Positions 1 through 9,584 of a stretch of DNA of 64,000 nt are shown piece by piece. The stretch's first letter is position 1. The number at the start of each line of letters is the position of its first letter. The DNA lies in IMG/VR virus record IMGVR_UViG_3300047160_014545, positions 17,625 through 81,624 of that record; one strand, 5' to 3'. The notes under the pieces were generated by a model, which saw only the letters and a program-made list of their open reading frames with translations, had not been told where the DNA came from and ran no database searches. The DNA comes from a virus. Lineage: Duplodnaviria; Caudoviricetes. Made by a program: the position numbers and the translations under genes.

Positions 1-754
1 TGAGCTGACTGAGAGTGTGGCTGCTCGACGATGAAATCGCCGTGGTATTGCCAGATGCGAAAACATTTTGCACCGTGCCGGAAGCCACAGTCGTGGCACC
101 GGAGATGACCAGCGCACCCGCGCCGGCCGCCGTCGTCGAAAAGCCGACGCTTACCCCGCCAGCACCTGAGATTGAGATGCTGCTGAGGGTCTGCGTCGAA
201 GATGACAACGCACCCGTCGTATTCCCTATAGCATATTCATTTTGCACCACCCCGCTGGCCACAGCCACCGGAGCGGAGATGACAACCGAACTGTTGCTGA
301 CCCCGACACTAACAGCACCGGCGCCATCAAACGACAGCGAGCCTGCCGCAATGACACCCGACGAGACCGAGCTCGTCGTGTTGCCAACCGCGTAGACGCT
401 GATCGTCGGCGCGGTTTGCGTGCTCGAGGCCGAAATGACAATCGAGCCATTCGAGAAGCCGACCGAGGCAATCCCGGCACCGTCAAACGATAGCGAGCGG
501 GCATCGCGCGTCTGTGAGGTAGTTGTCCCGGTCGTGTTGCCGACCGCGGACATTCCCAGCGTCTGTACGCTCTGACTCGCCACGCTGAGGGTGGCTGTGT
601 TGCCGGAACCGCTGATTGTCAGATTTTGCCCGGCCAGGTACAGGGTCCGGCCGGAAAGGGAGCTTCGCCCTGCGGTATTGGTGCCGCTTAGGCCAACATG
701 GAGCCGCGCCGGCCCGAGCGCTCGATCACCCGGGATCGGTGAGAAATCAGCCAC
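1..754 (-). CDS. Repeat-rich virion fibre/structural protein, partial (runs off left edge)
   Basis: Hand translation from GTG at 754 (MADFSPIPGDRALGPARLHVGL...) is open to base 2, with repeated units of about 50 aa: GNTT...S(L/I)S(F/I)xGAGxxSVG(F/V)S...VIS. Absent from the ORF track because no stop lies in the window. Confidence 0.7.
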   Translation of the reverse strand, partial: MADFSPIPGDRALGPARLHVGLSGTNTAGRSSLSGRTLYLAGQNLTISGSGNTATLSVASQSVQTLGMSAVGNTTGTTTSQTRDARSLSFDGAGIASVGFSNGSIVISASSTQTAPTISVYAVGNTTSSVSSGVIAAGSLSFDGAGAVSVGVSNSSVVISAPVAVASGVVQNEYAIGNTTGALSSSTQTLSSISISGAGGVSVGFSTTAAGAGALVISGATTVASGTVQNVFASGNTTAISSSSSHTLSQL

Positions 755-763
755 GGGTGCCGG

Positions 764-1189
764 CTAGAAGTCGGCAGCAAACGTGGTCAACGTGACCGAT
801 AGTGCCGTCGTTACCGTCGTGAGCGAGGCAAATTTGAGCACATCACCGGAAATCAGATACAGAAAGGGGTTGCCATCGCTATCGATCGGCAGACCCGGAA
901 TAACTGCCGGATCCAGGATATTCGTTGACGGGGTTCCGTTCACATTGCCGGAACTAATCGCCACGTTTTTCGTACCCAACAGATAGTCCGTACCACCATT
1001 AGTAATAAACACTTGGATATCGCGAGCCACCGTGTCCGTGCTCGTGGCGATGATGCCGGTAATTTTGCTGCCGTTGGCACCCGCGGTATAGCCGGTGACC
1101 AAGGTTGTGCCGGTCGCATTGAGGATTTTGACTTTGAGGTTTTGCGGCTGATACGGAAAAACCGGTGTAGCGTTAGGCGTGAACGGCAC
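764..1189 (-). CDS. Putative virion structural protein
   Basis: 141 aa, T/G/A-rich, beta-strand-like; tightly packed in the late operon. Confidence 0.6.
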   Translation of the reverse strand: MPFTPNATPVFPYQPQNLKVKILNATGTTLVTGYTAGANGSKITGIIATSTDTVARDIQVFITNGGTDYLLGTKNVAISSGNVNGTPSTNILDPAVIPGLPIDSDGNPFLYLISGDVLKFASLTTVTTALSVTLTTFAADF

Positions 1190-1190
1190 T

Positions 1191-2492
1191 TCAGGCTACT
1201 CCGCCTAGCATTGAGAAAAAATACAACGAACTTGGCCCGCGCGCCCCAGTGCTTCCCGTGTTTCCACCTAAACCCGTGGCCCCGGTCGGGCCGGTGACGC
1301 CTTGTCCACCAGCCGGGCCTGTAGCTCCAACACCTGGCGGGCCGGTTGGCCCAGTGGCACCCGTACCCGAAGCAGCTCCGGCGGCTCCTGTGGCCCCGGT
1401 CGGGCCTGTGCCAAGAGGCCCCGTAGGCCCCGTCGCACCAGTTCCTGAAGATGTCCCCGGAGCCCCGGTAGCACCTGTCGGGCCTACCCCAAAGGGACCT
1501 GTATTACCAGTCGGCCCCGTGGCTCCTAGCCCGGTCGGCCCGGTGGCTCCTACGCTGCCGCCAGCCCCCGTCGGCCCGGTGCTCCCGACCCCTGCCGCGC
1601 CGGCAGCGCCTGTAGGCCCCTGGGAGCCCGTAGGACCAGGGGAACCGGTACTGCCCGCTACCCCTGTAGCCCCCGTGCTTCCCGGCGCTCCAGCGGCTCC
1701 GGACGCGCCCACAGCGCCGGTCGGCCCGGTAACCCCTGGGCTGCCCGCAATCCCGGTCGCACCCGTAGATCCGACACCCCCCGTAGGGCCTGTCGCACCC
1801 GTAGATCCGACACCCCCAGCCGAACCCGCACCCCCCGTCGGCCCGGTCGCCCCAACATCTCCGGTCGGACCGGTACGCCCCGGATTTCCTGTGGCCCCCG
1901 CAGGACCGGTCAAGCCGATGCCGACAGCGCCTGTGGGACCCGTTGGTCCGCCTGAAGGGCCAGTAGGCCCGGCACTGCCCGTAGGCCCTGTAGAACCTAT
2001 GGTTCCGCTAAAACCCGCCTGGCCGGTGGCGCCGGTCGGGCCTGTGGCACCAAGCCCCGTTGGCCCAGTCGGTCCGCCACGATCGCCGGTCGGCCCCGCC
2101 ACCCCGGCTGAACCGGTGGGACCCGAGCTGCCGGTTGGTCCGGTAACTCCGATAATTCCCGGGAGATCCTCGGAGAGCAGCGAACTCCACACCAGAGCCA
2201 GAGGGCCGGCATGGATCGGCGCGCCGCCAAGCGAGGAATTTATCGAACCCCGCTCGATTGTCTGATTTACGGCATCATATCTGCCGTGCCCGACCTCCCA
2301 ATAAGTCCATTGCCCGTTGACGTAAGGACCATCAACCAGCGTGTAAGCCACAAGCTGCTGGTTGACGATCGGCGGGTTGACATCAGCAAACGATCTAAAC
2401 CCGCGGAGTGCGGAGCCCAGCTGGATGATCCCAATGCCCGGTGCCGCGCGCACGGACATTTTGACCATGTCATAGGCGAGAACCGCAACCAT
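1191..2492 (-). CDS. Collagen-like fibre protein (GPTG/GATG repeats)
   Basis: About 300 aa of interrupted Gly-X-Y repeats after a globular N-terminal domain. Confidence 0.8.
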   Translation of the reverse strand: MVAVLAYDMVKMSVRAAPGIGIIQLGSALRGFRSFADVNPPIVNQQLVAYTLVDGPYVNGQWTYWEVGHGRYDAVNQTIERGSINSSLGGAPIHAGPLALVWSSLLSEDLPGIIGVTGPTGSSGPTGSAGVAGPTGDRGGPTGPTGLGATGPTGATGQAGFSGTIGSTGPTGSAGPTGPSGGPTGPTGAVGIGLTGPAGATGNPGRTGPTGDVGATGPTGGAGSAGGVGSTGATGPTGGVGSTGATGIAGSPGVTGPTGAVGASGAAGAPGSTGATGVAGSTGSPGPTGSQGPTGAAGAAGVGSTGPTGAGGSVGATGPTGLGATGPTGNTGPFGVGPTGATGAPGTSSGTGATGPTGPLGTGPTGATGAAGAASGTGATGPTGPPGVGATGPAGGQGVTGPTGATGLGGNTGSTGARGPSSLYFFSMLGGVA

Positions 2493-2495
2493 CTA

Positions 2496-3134
2496 TCAAG
2501 GATCGATAATATTCCCTGCGGCCTCGATAACCGTGCGTACCGGGTAATTACGGGTGATGATGCGGTTGAACAGATAAGTGCGATCGACGCGCTTGAGCCA
2601 GCGTCGATTGATTAGTTCGGGCGCCCACACTGGATTGCCGACTTCGACCAAGCCAAAGCCGCCGAGCTGCAGAGCTTCCCGGTTTTGAGCGATGGCCAAG
2701 CCATCGCGCAGAATGCCGTCGCTCCAGCCGGCATGCGGGCCATAACTGGTCACCAGCAAATCCATTTGCTCGTGCTGCAGCATACGGTATTGCACACCAT
2801 CTTGAGTCGTCTGGTCGGGCTCAAACCCTTCCCACGAGAAACCGGGATTGAGTCTACTGTTGGTGATGCCGATCGCTACCCAATCAACATCGAGCTCGGG
2901 CAGCGGCACCGGTTCGGGTTGCCAGCGCGGCCGCACGAGCTCCACCGGTAGATGGAGGACCCCGGCAACCAATTGTTGAAAGAAATTGTCGAGTATGTCG
3001 CCATCGAGCGGCTGGGCTCTGACCCAATAGGATGGGTCGGTGCCCATCTCGAAGGTCCATCGGTAAATGCCTGGCCCCGGAAGAAGCGGGCCAGGAACGG
3101 CGCTATCAAGCGCCGTTGGCAGCGTATCGGTCAT
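2496..3134 (-). CDS. Putative neck/tail-terminator-like protein
   Basis: 212 aa; position downstream of DUF4054 and head-closure genes; resembles the equivalent gene in DUF2213/DUF2184 phages. Confidence 0.5.
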   Translation of the reverse strand: MTDTLPTALDSAVPGPLLPGPGIYRWTFEMGTDPSYWVRAQPLDGDILDNFFQQLVAGVLHLPVELVRPRWQPEPVPLPELDVDWVAIGITNSRLNPGFSWEGFEPDQTTQDGVQYRMLQHEQMDLLVTSYGPHAGWSDGILRDGLAIAQNREALQLGGFGLVEVGNPVWAPELINRRWLKRVDRTYLFNRIITRNYPVRTVIEAAGNIIDP

Positions 3135-3435
3135 GTACCATCGATGATGCTATGGCCTGATCGTAAACCGCCAAACATTCTTTCTTGCTTCGGCCTGGGG
3201 TATCGTTAAACGCAGGAACCGAGTTCCATTCGCCAAACCCGACATCGGCAATGGCTCGCAACAGAACTCCCGGATCCCCGCCTGCACCAATCATGCAAAC
3301 GGCCTCCCGGCATTCTCCTGGCCAAAACCATTTTCGCGTTAGGCAGGAATTTTGGCACCATCCGGCTTCTAACCGGGTACGTCCGGCTATGAGTTGTCGC
3401 GTGACCTGTGAGACTTCGCTCGCATCAAATGGCAT
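3106..3435 (-). CDS. DUF6197-like phage protein
   Basis: Motifs GWCQ...CMIGA...FNDTPGRSKKECLAVYDQAI. Confidence 0.6.
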   Translation of the reverse strand: MPFDASEVSQVTRQLIAGRTRLEAGWCQNSCLTRKWFWPGECREAVCMIGAGGDPGVLLRAIADVGFGEWNSVPAFNDTPGRSKKECLAVYDQAIASSMVHDRYAANGA

Positions 3436-3447
3436 AAGGTTCTTCCT

Positions 3448-3783
3448 TTACCCACAAAGCATGGTCGTCGAAAGCATCAACCGTCGGCCGTCGCTGAGAT
3501 TGGCGAATGCGGTATGCAGATAAATCGCGCCGAGCGCACTGTCAGGCAGCCCTCCAATGAGGGCGGTCACATAAGCGCCGCGGCGCGGATAGAGACAATT
3601 GTCGAGCGGAGAGCGCAGATCGATCGAGCGCTCAATGGTAACCCCCAGCACATGCGATTGCGGGGAGGGATCCAAGCCCACACCAGATTGCAGACTCAGC
3701 GTCCAGCTCGCACCCACAATATCGGCAGCACCAGCGTCGAAAGCGAAGTTGAACGATAATCTGTCGGTTTCGCCCGGCGCCAT
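3448..3783 (-). CDS. Putative fibre-tail adaptor-like protein
   Basis: 111 aa, PGETDRLSFNF N-terminus; late-operon context. Confidence 0.4.
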   Translation of the reverse strand: MAPGETDRLSFNFAFDAGAADIVGASWTLSLQSGVGLDPSPQSHVLGVTIERSIDLRSPLDNCLYPRRGAYVTALIGGLPDSALGAIYLHTAFANLSDGRRLMLSTTMLCG

Positions 3784-3811
3784 CGGGTCGAACGGATTTA
3801 CTGTGCGAATG

Positions 3812-4579
3812 TCAGACGATCCTGATCCGGCCCTGGCTTTCGCACAGCCGCCCCTCGCTCACTTCCAGCGCCTGCGTTGACGCAGGGTAGAGCGTCAGCA
3901 AGCCGCCTGCCGGCAGCGTAACATCGATATTATTTTGCGCCAACACCTTGAACCGCTGAGTAGTAAAATCGATCGGCACTCCGGCCGCCCATATCTGCTC
4001 GCCGCTCATGTAGGTGCGCAAAGCAAACATCAGCTGAAAGTCAGCGGGCCGCGCCGGTGGCCGAACAAAAGCCAAACGCGCGCCGATATCGTCGGCGAGT
4101 GCGGCTTGCGACATCTGCACGGTCGAGGCCATCGGCGCCGAGGCGACATAGGTTCCGACCGGAATATTTAGTGGCTGCGCCAAATCAAAAACATAGGCTG
4201 AGCGGGAATTGCTCGAGCTGTCAAACCAGATGCCATCGGTTGGCACGACATTGGTCAGATTGAGCGAGACGCCGCCAACATCGCCGGTCGCCTGGCCATA
4301 TTCAAATTTTTGCCCATCGCTTGTTGGAAGTAACCAGACATCTATGGTCGGTGTGCCCACTAATGTACTGGTTAGTGCACCACCCAATGTGTAGACCAGC
4401 AAACCCCGACCAAATTGAGCGCTAAACAGGCCACCTGCTCCGCTGGCGCTCGACAGCGCCAAACCGTTTGGCGGCAGCCCGTCCATCTCGGTCGTCAGCA
4501 GAGTGAGTGGGGTTGGCGGCAGGCAATCGGAGCGATCGACCGACTGCCAGCAGCAATTCAGCGGATCCCAGAACGCCAT
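3812..4579 (-). CDS. Hypothetical structural protein
   Basis: 255-aa ORF abutting its neighbours. Confidence 0.55.
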   Translation of the reverse strand: MAFWDPLNCCWQSVDRSDCLPPTPLTLLTTEMDGLPPNGLALSSASGAGGLFSAQFGRGLLVYTLGGALTSTLVGTPTIDVWLLPTSDGQKFEYGQATGDVGGVSLNLTNVVPTDGIWFDSSSNSRSAYVFDLAQPLNIPVGTYVASAPMASTVQMSQAALADDIGARLAFVRPPARPADFQLMFALRTYMSGEQIWAAGVPIDFTTQRFKVLAQNNIDVTLPAGGLLTLYPASTQALEVSEGRLCESQGRIRIV

Positions 4580-4580
4580 A

Positions 4581-4844
4581 TTATTTAGATGCTCTCTGAC
4601 AATTCAACACTGCACGTTTCACCGTATCCAGTGCTTCCGTCACGTCTTGTTCCCGCCAAGGTCTATCCTCCAGAACCGCCGCCAACTCGCATAGCGACAG
4701 ACCCCCGCGAGAAGCTAATACCTCCAATGTTTGACGATGGTTCTTGACCGCTTGCGCTTCGTGAGGCTCGACAATTTGCCACTCAACACCCAGAAGATAA
4801 TTTCTGTGTATCGAATGAATCGGAAAGAGCCGTTCGCTCATCAA
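4581..4844 (-). CDS. Small phage hypothetical protein
   Basis: 87 aa, 4-bp overlap with the upstream gene; HRQTLEVLASRGGLSLCEL. Confidence 0.55.
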   Translation of the reverse strand: MMSERLFPIHSIHRNYLLGVEWQIVEPHEAQAVKNHRQTLEVLASRGGLSLCELAAVLEDRPWREQDVTEALDTVKRAVLNCQRASK

Positions 4845-5236
4845 TAGCTTTCCTGCTCCGGCACAGGCGTCCGCGCCTCGATACGCTCGGCGCCAGCCAG
4901 GATGAATCCGCCGCTAAAGCCGGTCAGGTCATTGTTGGTGGTCACGACATAAACTTCGTCGTGCCAGATTACTTGATCCGGCTGCCTTCCTGGCCTTGGC
5001 CCTTGCAGTCGGAACCGGGTGGCGATGTTGATGGCGTTGGGCTGATATTCGGTATCCGGAACCCGCATCAAATCGCTGGGATTGCTGGCGGTAATGATGC
5101 CCGATGTCTTGATGGTTTCGACGACAAAGGGCTGGGAGCGGCCATACTGGTCGACATGAGCCGAGCGGCGCTGCACCAGAAAGAAATCGACGAGATTGGA
5201 GTCGCTAAAGAGCGGCGAGAAATCAGCGTCGGGCAT
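4841..5236 (-). CDS. Head-closure/head-tail adaptor protein
   Basis: 131 aa, VQRRSAHVDQYGR...DQVIWHDEVYVV; synteny. Confidence 0.55.
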   Translation of the reverse strand: MPDADFSPLFSDSNLVDFFLVQRRSAHVDQYGRSQPFVVETIKTSGIITASNPSDLMRVPDTEYQPNAINIATRFRLQGPRPGRQPDQVIWHDEVYVVTTNNDLTGFSGGFILAGAERIEARTPVPEQESY

Positions 5237-5245
5237 GCGATATCA

Positions 5246-5515
5246 TTATTTGTGGCCCGGCCGAGCTCGATTATCCGACATCGACTTCCAACGGACGCCA
5301 GCATCAAATGCTGCTCGTAGTTTTTTCAATTCAGTTTCGGCTACGGCCTCGAATATCTCACGATCGAAGAGTCGACCAATTTTTGCTTTGGTGAAGCCCC
5401 TTGCTGCCGCTTCCAAAACGGCCAACTCCGCCAGTTTGTCGATGATACGGCGATCAGCTTCATCCATATTCTTTTCGAACTGCTCGGTCAGAGGATCTTT
5501 CTTTTCTGCGATCAT
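5246..5515 (-). CDS. Hypothetical protein
   Basis: 89 aa, translationally coupled to the upstream gene. Confidence 0.5.
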   Translation of the reverse strand: MIAEKKDPLTEQFEKNMDEADRRIIDKLAELAVLEAAARGFTKAKIGRLFDREIFEAVAETELKKLRAAFDAGVRWKSMSDNRARPGHK

Positions 5516-6054
5516 CGCACCCGCACTTTCCTAATCACATAAGCATAGGCGGCGCGAAGTTGACCGCTGTCAAGCAGCGGTTTGATGGCGGTAAACCCCG
5601 GTGCCACCTTGCCGCCGGATTTGGCCAGTTTGCGCATGCGGGCGCGAACAGTCGCGGGTGCCAACGGCGCGAATTGTCCGGTGGTGATTTCCTGGCGCAC
5701 CGCATTCTGTCCGAGCAAACCTACCGCATGCAGATTTTGCATCATGCCTTGCTGATTGCCTTTTGACGCAAACGTAGCGGCTCGCCTCAGAAACGCCACC
5801 ATGCGCGGCAGCGCTTTCTCCACACCCGGTACCAGATGCGGGCGCGCCGGTATATTCTGAGCCGGCGAACCGGTGTTGTGAATATAGGCCAAGAGCGCAT
5901 TTGTCGGTCCGTCATTGCGCTGATTAGAACCCGGGCTGGCTCCTTCCGGATGGTCAGCGGGAACGCCAATCATCACCCGCAAACCCGCGAGATCGTTTAT
6001 TGCTTTGACGAATTTCGCAACGTCATCTTTGACAACAATAACCGGGTCAGCCAT
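5512..6054 (-). CDS. Neck/tail-completion protein (HK97 gp10-like)
   Basis: RVMIGVP...NALLAYIHNTGSPAQNIPARPHL...LLDSGQLRAAYAYVIR. Confidence 0.65.
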   Translation of the reverse strand: MADPVIVVKDDVAKFVKAINDLAGLRVMIGVPADHPEGASPGSNQRNDGPTNALLAYIHNTGSPAQNIPARPHLVPGVEKALPRMVAFLRRAATFASKGNQQGMMQNLHAVGLLGQNAVRQEITTGQFAPLAPATVRARMRKLAKSGGKVAPGFTAIKPLLDSGQLRAAYAYVIRKVRVR

Positions 6055-6058
6055 TTAA

Positions 6059-6625
6059 TTACATATTATTCCAGGCTGGCACCCATACCGGCGGGCCTGG
6101 CCAGCCTTCGCCCGAAGTGGGTCCATGCGTCGGCGAAGTACATCCCGGCGGCGGGATCAGTGGGCGCGGGAACCCGATGCCAACCTGGATCGGGATCGCA
6201 CCCACCATATTCGCCAGCCAGATAAAGCGGGTGCCATAAGTCGTCAGGTTCCAATGCCCCGCATCGGTCACGATCCCAGCCTGAGTATCGTAGGAGACGC
6301 TGGCACCGTTGACACCATTCGCCTGCACAATTCCGGTGGCAGTTCCAGGAATGCCGCCGAGCGCCCCTTGCTGCCGGGCGCGCATCTCGAGCGCCAGATT
6401 ATGCGCGACGAAAAGCTCCATGCCGATGTCGCGCATCGAGCGCGGCGGGCACATGCGGCTTTTCTTGGTTGACCAGAAACAAGTCAACAGCAAATCGGCT
6501 ACCATCAGCCAATATTGAACGACATTATCGGGATTGCGCTGCTGGTCATCGAATTCCGGATAATCGGCGCGGAATTCAGCGAGAGTTACCGGGCAATCGC
6601 AGCCGCATTGAGGAAGCGGCACCAT
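6059..6625 (-). CDS. DUF4054 head-tail connector
   Basis: AEFRADYPEF...ELFVAHNLAL...GASVSYD...WNLTTYGTRF. Confidence 0.8.
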   Translation of the reverse strand: MVPLPQCGCDCPVTLAEFRADYPEFDDQQRNPDNVVQYWLMVADLLLTCFWSTKKSRMCPPRSMRDIGMELFVAHNLALEMRARQQGALGGIPGTATGIVQANGVNGASVSYDTQAGIVTDAGHWNLTTYGTRFIWLANMVGAIPIQVGIGFPRPLIPPPGCTSPTHGPTSGEGWPGPPVWVPAWNNM

Positions 6626-6705
6626 TCAGAGGCCTTTCTGAAAGAACACCACAGCAATCGCAACCAAGAACGTGATGCTCGTTCCCAAATAGCCGATGGC
6701 CAATC

Positions 6706-7014
6706 TCATGGCAGAGAGGCTATCCCACGCGGCAGAAAAGGGTCAAGACCCGCACCTTGCTCGGTCGCATCAGAGAAGCGCCCGCTGGGTGCTTCGACAA
6801 TCGGCACATCTTCTGGGGTTTTGGATGCGCGCGGCATCGCATGCCGGGCGTAATGCTCGTCTTTTTCGACATCAGCCAGAATCCCAGCTGCTGCTAATTC
6901 GAGCACCATCGCGTGTGCTCGCAATTCTGCTGTTTCCCTATCCACACCCCAAAGACGCTCCAAGCGCTGAATCACGCCTACCGCCGGATGAAAAACGCCT
7001 GGCCAGAAACTCAT
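6706..7014 (-). CDS. Hypothetical protein
   Basis: 102 aa, ATGA-coupled to the upstream gene. Confidence 0.45.
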   Translation of the reverse strand: MSFWPGVFHPAVGVIQRLERLWGVDRETAELRAHAMVLELAAAGILADVEKDEHYARHAMPRASKTPEDVPIVEAPSGRFSDATEQGAGLDPFLPRGIASLP

Positions 7015-7346
7015 ACCGGCCTCACCTTTTGCACATCCGGTTGCAGCGGAACGCTTTGCTTTTGTCGCCAGTATTCCTCGTTGCGCCGCTGAAGCTCGGC
7101 CAGGGTGAGTTCGGGATCGACCTGGGTGTATTCGGCATCGGTCGTGCCGCTCGTTCCCTGAGTGCGGTATTGCGGCACCTCACCAGCCGGATCAGCACCA
7201 CCGTAGCGGTATTCGCTCGGTTCATCATGAACACCGGTAATGGTGCCTTTGTTGGCACTGGCGTAGAACACTCGCTCTCCTTTCTCCGGACCATATTCCT
7301 TTTCCATGGCCTGTTTAATCTCTGAGCCCTTCTCCGTGAGCGGCAT
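7011..7346 (-). CDS. Conserved small phage head-module protein
   Basis: N-terminal MPLTEKGSEIKQAMEKEYGPEKGERVFYASANKGTITG, a motif I recognise from many phage head modules. Confidence 0.65.
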   Translation of the reverse strand: MPLTEKGSEIKQAMEKEYGPEKGERVFYASANKGTITGVHDEPSEYRYGGADPAGEVPQYRTQGTSGTTDAEYTQVDPELTLAELQRRNEEYWRQKQSVPLQPDVQKVRPV

Positions 7347-7361
7347 CTCTCTAACTCCCCG

Positions 7362-7811
7362 CTAGCGGCGGCCCCGGTCGGGTTGCGACGACCTAGAACC
7401 GTTGCGCACGTCTTCGGGCCTGGCCCCCGGAACTGGCTGCGGCTCCACCTTCTCGGGGGCCTCGGGTGTGCGCGGCGGAGCAACCGATTTCTCCGGCTCT
7501 GGGGTTGCTGCCGCCGGCCGGTTCACCGCTTCCGCTCCGGCCGCCTTCACATACCAATGGTCGGCCAGGCTTGCCGGGACGTCATATGTGCCGGCCCGCA
7601 ACAGCACTCTGTCCCCACCAACCATTCCCTTGGTTTTATCAGTCGGATCAAGCGTGACCAGAATATTGGCAGGGATGCGCAACCGCACCATCCCTTCGCC
7701 TTCCTTGGGTTGCAAATCGCCCGCCTCGATCGGCATGGCGACAGCCCCGCCGGGACCGACCGGCGTGAACGGGTCGACCTGTGGTGTCGCAGCTACACGG
7801 TCATCCGACAT
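7362..7811 (-). CDS. STY1053-like phage-associated protein
   Basis: AGTYDVPASLADHWYVKA; directly after the major capsid gene. Confidence 0.55.
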   Translation of the reverse strand: MSDDRVAATPQVDPFTPVGPGGAVAMPIEAGDLQPKEGEGMVRLRIPANILVTLDPTDKTKGMVGGDRVLLRAGTYDVPASLADHWYVKAAGAEAVNRPAAATPEPEKSVAPPRTPEAPEKVEPQPVPGARPEDVRNGSRSSQPDRGRR

Positions 7812-7900
7812 GGCAAGAATCCTCCTTGGTCCACAAAACGCCGCAGGTTTATCCGGGTTCCGAAGCCGACCTGCGGCAGCAACAGCAGGAGGACACTACC

Positions 7901-8974
7901 TCAAATGCCGTCGGAGTAGCTGATTGTTTCCGGATACACCACCTCGACCACGCCGAGCCGCCCGAAATAGGTCGATTTGTGGTAGATGCCGTCATACTGC
8001 ACCGGGGTGCGTTGGAGCAGCGTCATCGGGTAGCGCAACCGATTCTCGTCATTGGTATAAGTCACCATGCGGTCGACGGTCCCGGTGGTGCCGATGGTGC
8101 CGCCCGAACCTGCGCCGATCAGCCATTTCACCGGCAGAATGTCGAGCGTGCCCAAACCCGAAGCGGTCAGGACGTTGAACTGCTTCAGATAGGCCAGGAC
8201 CGACATATTGCCGGCGGCGCTGACGATGCGGATCGAGATGTCGCCAAACTGATTGGGCGGGATCAGAATGCGATTTGGCATCACCGCCCAGGCGCTGTTG
8301 GCCCAAGTCAACATGATCGCATTGTTGACGTCGCTTAGGATCTCCTGCGGGGTCTTGGTCGCCCATTGCGGAGTGCCGCCACCTCCAGTGACAACATTGG
8401 TCGGGGTCACCCGGCTGGAATTGGTCATGCCGGTATCGCCGGTGCTGGTGTCACCAAAATAGACCTGCTCGTCGACATCCATTTGGTGCTTCATCTGCAG
8501 CGCTTCGAATTTCTGCTGGTCGATTGGCCGACCAACTTTCGCTGCGCTCTCCAGCTCGAGGATGGAATATTTCAATTCCAGTTCCCATGGCCGCAACGGC
8601 TGGGTGATCTTGGCGATGTCGACCGACACATTGCTGATTTGCGTCGTCGTCTTGCCGCCCCAAGCCTTGCCGGTGCCGATGCCGTTGCCAGTGCCCAATG
8701 CGCCCGCAGAAGCAAAGGTGCTAAGGGTAAAACTCGACACTTCGTCGGCAATGGTCACGTCATTGCGCAATTTGATGTCGCGTGACCAAGTGATGCTGAC
8801 CAATGGCCGGTGCAGGGTTTGATCAAGCCGCTCGAGCTCACCCACTAGGAAAGCACCGGAACTGTCGACCACATTGCCGTCATGGGTGGTGTAGGGCTGC
8901 GGAAATTTTTGCCCTATTTGGTTGCCGGCGCCATCGGTCGTGAATGCCGCCGATGTGTCATACGTCATATACAT
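7901..8974 (-). CDS. Major capsid protein (DUF2184)
   Basis: 357 aa; GAFLVGELERLDQTL...ELESAAKVGRPIDQQK...DEQVYFGD...RMVTYTND. Confidence 0.9.
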   Translation of the reverse strand: MYMTYDTSAAFTTDGAGNQIGQKFPQPYTTHDGNVVDSSGAFLVGELERLDQTLHRPLVSITWSRDIKLRNDVTIADEVSSFTLSTFASAGALGTGNGIGTGKAWGGKTTTQISNVSVDIAKITQPLRPWELELKYSILELESAAKVGRPIDQQKFEALQMKHQMDVDEQVYFGDTSTGDTGMTNSSRVTPTNVVTGGGGTPQWATKTPQEILSDVNNAIMLTWANSAWAVMPNRILIPPNQFGDISIRIVSAAGNMSVLAYLKQFNVLTASGLGTLDILPVKWLIGAGSGGTIGTTGTVDRMVTYTNDENRLRYPMTLLQRTPVQYDGIYHKSTYFGRLGVVEVVYPETISYSDGI

Positions 8975-9015
8975 AGTATTATTCCTTCTCCCCTGTAACG
9001 CGCGTGCCGCAGCGG

Positions 9016-9555
9016 CTAGTAATTCGTGTCAATGCTGATCTCCCCAATGCCATTGGGGTCGGGCGGGCCATTGAAGCGGCAATTAGTCAGCGCCACTGTG
9101 CTGCCGCCGGTGGCGCTGGCCTCGAAGCCGCCCTGCACATGATCAGTGCCAAAGACACCACCGCCGGTGCTCGCTGCGATCCACAGATTCACGGCGCCGA
9201 ATTTTGTCGGCTGGCCGAATATCGGCACCAAGATGTAGCCTTTTTTGACGACGTCGATTTCGCCAGCCGGCGGCAGCACTGCGGCACCAAAGGCGATGGC
9301 GCCAAAATTCACCGCACTGACCTGCTGAATCGGGAAGGGCCGCGCGGCAATGCCATCGATTGTGGTGACGCCAGTGTCGCTGGAGAGCACACCGCGATAG
9401 GAATTATTGGCGGTGACACCAATAACCGCCTGACCAAAGAACTGCACCGGATTGGTCGTATCGTTTTTACCGGGCTCGATTGAGACCGGGTGCGAGCGAT
9501 TGACGTCTCCGGCAAACCCGGCATTCATCCGGAACGGGAAAGCCATGTATGGCAT
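9016..9555 (-). CDS. Head decoration/cement protein
   Basis: FRMNAGFAGDVNRSHP...GPPDPNGIGEI; lies between scaffold and capsid genes. Confidence 0.75.
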   Translation of the reverse strand: MPYMAFPFRMNAGFAGDVNRSHPVSIEPGKNDTTNPVQFFGQAVIGVTANNSYRGVLSSDTGVTTIDGIAARPFPIQQVSAVNFGAIAFGAAVLPPAGEIDVVKKGYILVPIFGQPTKFGAVNLWIAASTGGGVFGTDHVQGGFEASATGGSTVALTNCRFNGPPDPNGIGEISIDTNY

Positions 9556-9584
9556 TACGATTTACTCCTTTATTGCAATCGCTC

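Noticed and set aside
1249-2265. 338-aa Pro-rich plus-strand ORF (and 12036-12581)
   Set aside because: Antisense shadows of the collagen repeats.
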